Assembly (NCBI RefSeq): GCF_000829235.1
Contig: NZ_AP012549.1
Span: 2,190,001-2,222,000, forward strand
Source of the DNA: a cyanobacterium endosymbiont of Epithemia turgida isolate EtSB Lake Yunoko
GTDB lineage: Bacteria; Cyanobacteriota; Cyanobacteriia; Cyanobacteriales; Microcystaceae
Direction: 5' to 3'
DNA: 32,000 nucleotides
The notes under the pieces are model-generated. The model worked only from the letters and a program-made list of their open reading frames with translations. It was not told where the DNA came from and searched no databases. This document shows, piece by piece, positions 28,182 through 32,000 of this stretch (within the stretch, counting starts at the first letter, position 1; every line of letters starts with the position of its first letter). The position numbers and the translations under genes are program-made.

Positions 28182-29282
28182 TATCGCTTAAACCTCGATC
28201 AATTAAATAATCCGCCGAGTCTACCCAACTTGTTTAAAATTGTAAAAAAAACAAACATCGGAGTTAGATAGCCAGGAAAATCCCGACACGAACCGCATAA
28301 TTTATTCAATCATCAAGATAACAGAACTCAGGAGCAGTTCGATCAGGGTTACGAGACTGATGAGAAAGTATAAAAAAATTCAGTAATTAGTCTATGGCAA
28401 CTATATCTACATTAAATTTCACCAATAGTCTTCTCTAAAATTTGTCGTAAGGATAGTGTATCAAGTTTTATTCAGAATTTAAGCTTTTGATATTTTTTAG
28501 TATAAATTACTTGATTTTTATATCTCTCAGTTAAACCCCGATAAGACCAGTTTGAGAGTTAATTTAAAATCCACAACTTTTTTCTAATTTTGAAACTTCA
28601 TAAAATTATAATTATTTTTTCGATAGCTCCTTTAGAGAATTTTCTATTAATATTCTAAATCATAAGAGTTTCTTCATTCTCATTGTGTTTTATGAACAGG
28701 GATTTTATCCCATTGCTAATAATTATTCACTTGTACTAAGCCATTGAGAAAGTCGCCGTTTTTTGCAAAGTAAAGTATTTAGTGATTACAAAAATTATTA
28801 CTACCACTATTATTCATTTTTAAATTTAGTTAAGCTCATTAAAGCTATTTTATTCTGTCAACTTTTGAGCAATGATTGTCATCTAGTTATGATACTCTCT
28901 ATTAGCTTAGTTATTTTCTTGATCTTCCTAAATAATTAGAGCTTGAAGACTGTCAAGTCGATCAACTAAATATTATGGTGATTGCTAATTGATAGCCTAA
29001 TTAAAGATTATATAATTACCATATTTTAAAAATCACAAATATTATTGTAATTTTGATCAACAGATGTCAATAGAATTAAAATAAGAAGAATAAAGAGATA
29101 AAATACTACTTGCACTCCTATCTATTTCATTAGATATATAACTTTTTTAGGATAAGCCAACCAGTTAATTATCTATTACTATATAGACCCTTATCTACAA
29201 TGATGGCATCATATCTTCTGTTCCATTATTGATTAAGATTTTGTCATACCTAGTCCCCAAAATCATAATTTTTTCCTTGGGG

Positions 29283-30482
29283 TTACTCTTTCCAAAGCCC
29301 TATTTTTTTTAGCTTATCTCGTAATTCTTCAGCTTCTTTATAAGAATTTTGTTCTTCGTATAGACTCACTGCTTTTTTGAATACTTCTGTGCTTTTAAGT
29401 ATTTTTTTTAACTTAAATAAAACTACCCCTAAATTCTGATAGGCAGCTGCATAATTTGGACTTAGAGACAATAACTTATTGTAAATTAGTTCTGCATTAT
29501 CTAATTGACCCATGGCACTAAGAGTCATAGCAAAATTATAATATCCTGCAATAAAACTTGGATCTATTTGTATAGTAATTTCATAAACTTTAGATGCACT
29601 TTTTAGGTTACCCATAGCTTGTAAAACAACGCCTAAATTGTTGTAAGCTCCTAACTTCAAGGGAGGCATTATTTCTTGATCCAGAGCTTTTTTATAGTGT
29701 TTAACAGCCTTATTATTATCTTGTTTTCTTGTATAAGCATTACCTAAATGGTAATGTAGCTCAAATAAAATATGAGTATTAGCCGTATTAGATTTTAATG
29801 CTCGCTTTAGTAATTTTATTCCTGCTTTTTCTTGGTTTGTCTGCAAATAAAGTGCTCCGAGTTTATTACAAGCATAAGGATCATTGGGATGGTCTTTAAT
29901 AAAATTTTCTATTGCTTGTCGTGCCCTTTTATCTTTATCTAAGGAAATAATAGTTTTAGGATGATAACCATAATGAAACACTGCTATTGCTGGAAGTTCC
30001 ATAATTTTCCATTGAGATTCCTTTTTTAATAACTCAGTAACACTGTCATCAATAATGGCATGATAAGGACGAGAAAATTTAACTGCTGGATGCTTCCGAA
30101 ATAACCGGGATACCAAAGAGTAAGGAGACTGAGACGCACCAATTTCATGACGAACTAAATTAATTACTAAATTATTTTTATCAGCAATTGCCTCTCTAAC
30201 TTTTGAGGCAATTTTAGGGTTAAATACTTCGTCAGCATCTAGAACTAATACCCAATCCCCAGTAACATGGCTAAGGGCTGCATTGCGAGCAATAGCAAAA
30301 TCATTACACCATGTAAAAAAAGAAACTTTTGCCCCAAATTTTTGAGCAATTTCTACTGTTTGATCAGTTGATCCAGTATCCATTACTACCATTTCGTCTA
30401 CAATATCTTGAACACTTTCTAGACATGTATTTAAGTTTTTCTCTTCATCTTTAACAATCATACAAAGACTGAGTTTTGTCAT
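29283..30482 (-). CDS. Family 2 glycosyltransferase with C-terminal TPR repeats
   Basis: Complete 399-aa ORF. The N-terminal GT-A domain has LSLCMIVKDEE, MDTGSTDQT and LVLDADE. The C-terminal half carries several TPR-like repeats (..AYNNLGVVLQAMGNLKSASKVYE.., ..AYQNLGVVLFKLKK..). Confidence 0.9.
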   Translation of the reverse strand: MTKLSLCMIVKDEEKNLNTCLESVQDIVDEMVVMDTGSTDQTVEIAQKFGAKVSFFTWCNDFAIARNAALSHVTGDWVLVLDADEVFNPKIASKVREAIADKNNLVINLVRHEIGASQSPYSLVSRLFRKHPAVKFSRPYHAIIDDSVTELLKKESQWKIMELPAIAVFHYGYHPKTIISLDKDKRARQAIENFIKDHPNDPYACNKLGALYLQTNQEKAGIKLLKRALKSNTANTHILFELHYHLGNAYTRKQDNNKAVKHYKKALDQEIMPPLKLGAYNNLGVVLQAMGNLKSASKVYEITIQIDPSFIAGYYNFAMTLSAMGQLDNAELIYNKLLSLSPNYAAAYQNLGVVLFKLKKILKSTEVFKKAVSLYEEQNSYKEAEELRDKLKKIGLWKE

Positions 30483-32000
30483 AACTTCTTATTTTTTGAA
30501 TGTTTTATATTGAGGAAACTGATTAATTTTATTCCTTCCATAAAAGACAACTTGTTTATTACAAATTTAAGCGTAATTTTTCCTTAATTGAGGACTATTT
30601 AGAGCAAATTTATCTGGTTCTAGCAAAGTATTTATGTGTTAAATCAAGGTTTTTCCTCTATTGTAACTTTTTCGTTATTGGGTTGTCACACTTATCTTCT
30701 ATCTTAGTATAAAGAAGTACTAATAATAGTAAAAAATATTACAAGATTTGCTTTAGCCTTGGGTGTTAATATTCTCTGAATATGTACTTTTCTTTCTCCT
30801 TACCATAGTTAATATTTGCCAATATTTTCCATATTTCTAGATTATTTTCAGTTTATCCCCCAATAGAGAATACTAGCTTAGTAGAAATTTTACGTCTAAA
30901 CCTCACTCAATATAGGGGTTTTAGCTCTCACTTAGTTACAAATCAAATTAAAAGGTTTATAGTCTAGGCTAGAATTATGGCAGTGACTCTCGAAATACAA
31001 CATTAACGTTCCATGACCAATTTTATTTCAGATAATCGCGTGGTAGCGTTGTCGATGGGGTACAGAAAAGGAGAAAGTGATAAAAATTTTGCTGATTACA
31101 ATGAATAAGTATGAAACTTAATTAACTACAAAATTTGCGCTAGTTTTCATCTTAGTTGATCTCCATATAGCTAAATTATTAGCTATATTTAATTTGTACA
31201 AACGGTAACATTGACCTTATCACTCCATTTCTTCTCATTACTCATTCTTAAAGAACAAAAAATCTGTATTAAAGAATAATTACGAAAAAAGTGGAAAAAT
31301 TGAATTTATATTTTTAAAGTATTTAACTCTTATACACCCTTTCTTTTTTATAAGTTTTGAGATATAATTAAAGTTTAAGAATTGAATTAAGTTATGATTT
31401 AACATTTTACTATTAGTTGTTTTTATTTTTACCAGTTACATTACTATTAAACCGATAAAAAATTACATCAGATAATGTTTCTCTGATCATCAAATTATCT
31501 ATATTGGCTTTATGTAAAATGATCTTCAAGTATTTTGTAAAAATTTTATTTAAAAAGTATTTTCTTTCCTAAATAGTGACTATTGTGATAAATCACAGTT
31601 GCCCCAATAAAGCAAAAGAGTTTACTTCTGAAATTTACGAAAGTCAGACATTATATGACTTGCTCATAAAACGATTAATTAATCGTTTTATTTTAATTTC
31701 TGTAGTTTAGTGAAACGATTAAACCCTTATAATTAAATGGACGCAACCTGATGTAAATTTAGTTACTAAAAATTCTATTAATCTATTGATTAATTTAGAG
31801 ACAAATTAATTTTATTTAAGTGAAAATATTCTATACTAACGAATATCCGTAATTTTCTCACATAATAGTAGATTGGGCATATTTTGATATTGCTAACTTG
31901 TCGAATGAACAAGCATTAACGATAAATCCTTACATTAGGTTTAGTAAATTTGGAGGTCAACAACAATGATGACTACCACCATGATGATAATCATCATCAC

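Overview
This window looks like a cyanobacterial chromosome segment in advanced reductive decay. The lineage call rests on three things: a tRNA-Leu(UAA) gene split by the classic cyanobacterial/plastid group I intron, one HIP1 octamer (GCGATCGC, 1439-1446), and a housekeeping protein set of the Cyanothece/Crocosphaera type. Together with the extremely A+T-rich spacers, this suggests an obligate endosymbiont or organelle-like relative of unicellular diazotrophs (diatom spheroid-body-like or UCYN-A-like). That identification is inference only.

Thirteen apparently intact protein genes are present: trpE, speA, folP, tpiA, nadD, nadE, clpB, a GT2 glycosyltransferase, recQ, a small membrane protein, pyrE, gloA and a GT2-TPR protein. 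With two tRNAs they cover only about 49% of the bases, summed from my coordinates. The rest is ORF-free DNA at about 5.8-7.9, 12.3-15.4, 19.6-22.6, 27.6-29.3 and 30.5-32.0 kb. As an example of its composition, 20401-20460 has 6 G/C in 60 nt. Collinear translated remnants of dead genes can still be read there: pncB (NAD salvage), the NAD regulator nrtR (between intact nadD and nadE), and nifJ (pyruvate:ferredoxin/flavodoxin oxidoreductase).

The least expected signal is a set of long, perfect, sequence-unrelated palindromes:
- 26-bp arms inside the still-open folP frame.
- 28-bp arms inside the pncB pseudogene.
- 25-bp arms in a gene desert.
- Several smaller ones with 10-13-bp arms.

These look like products of a template-switch or inverted-duplication mutational process rather than copies of a mobile element. 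An amplification or assembly artefact must be excluded.

I found no CRISPR array, transposase, integrase, rRNA or recognisable defence/toxin system. Other items are an 11 x 11-bp tandem repeat, a GC-richer structured element downstream of gloA with a Yfr1-like motif, and a few small ORF islands.
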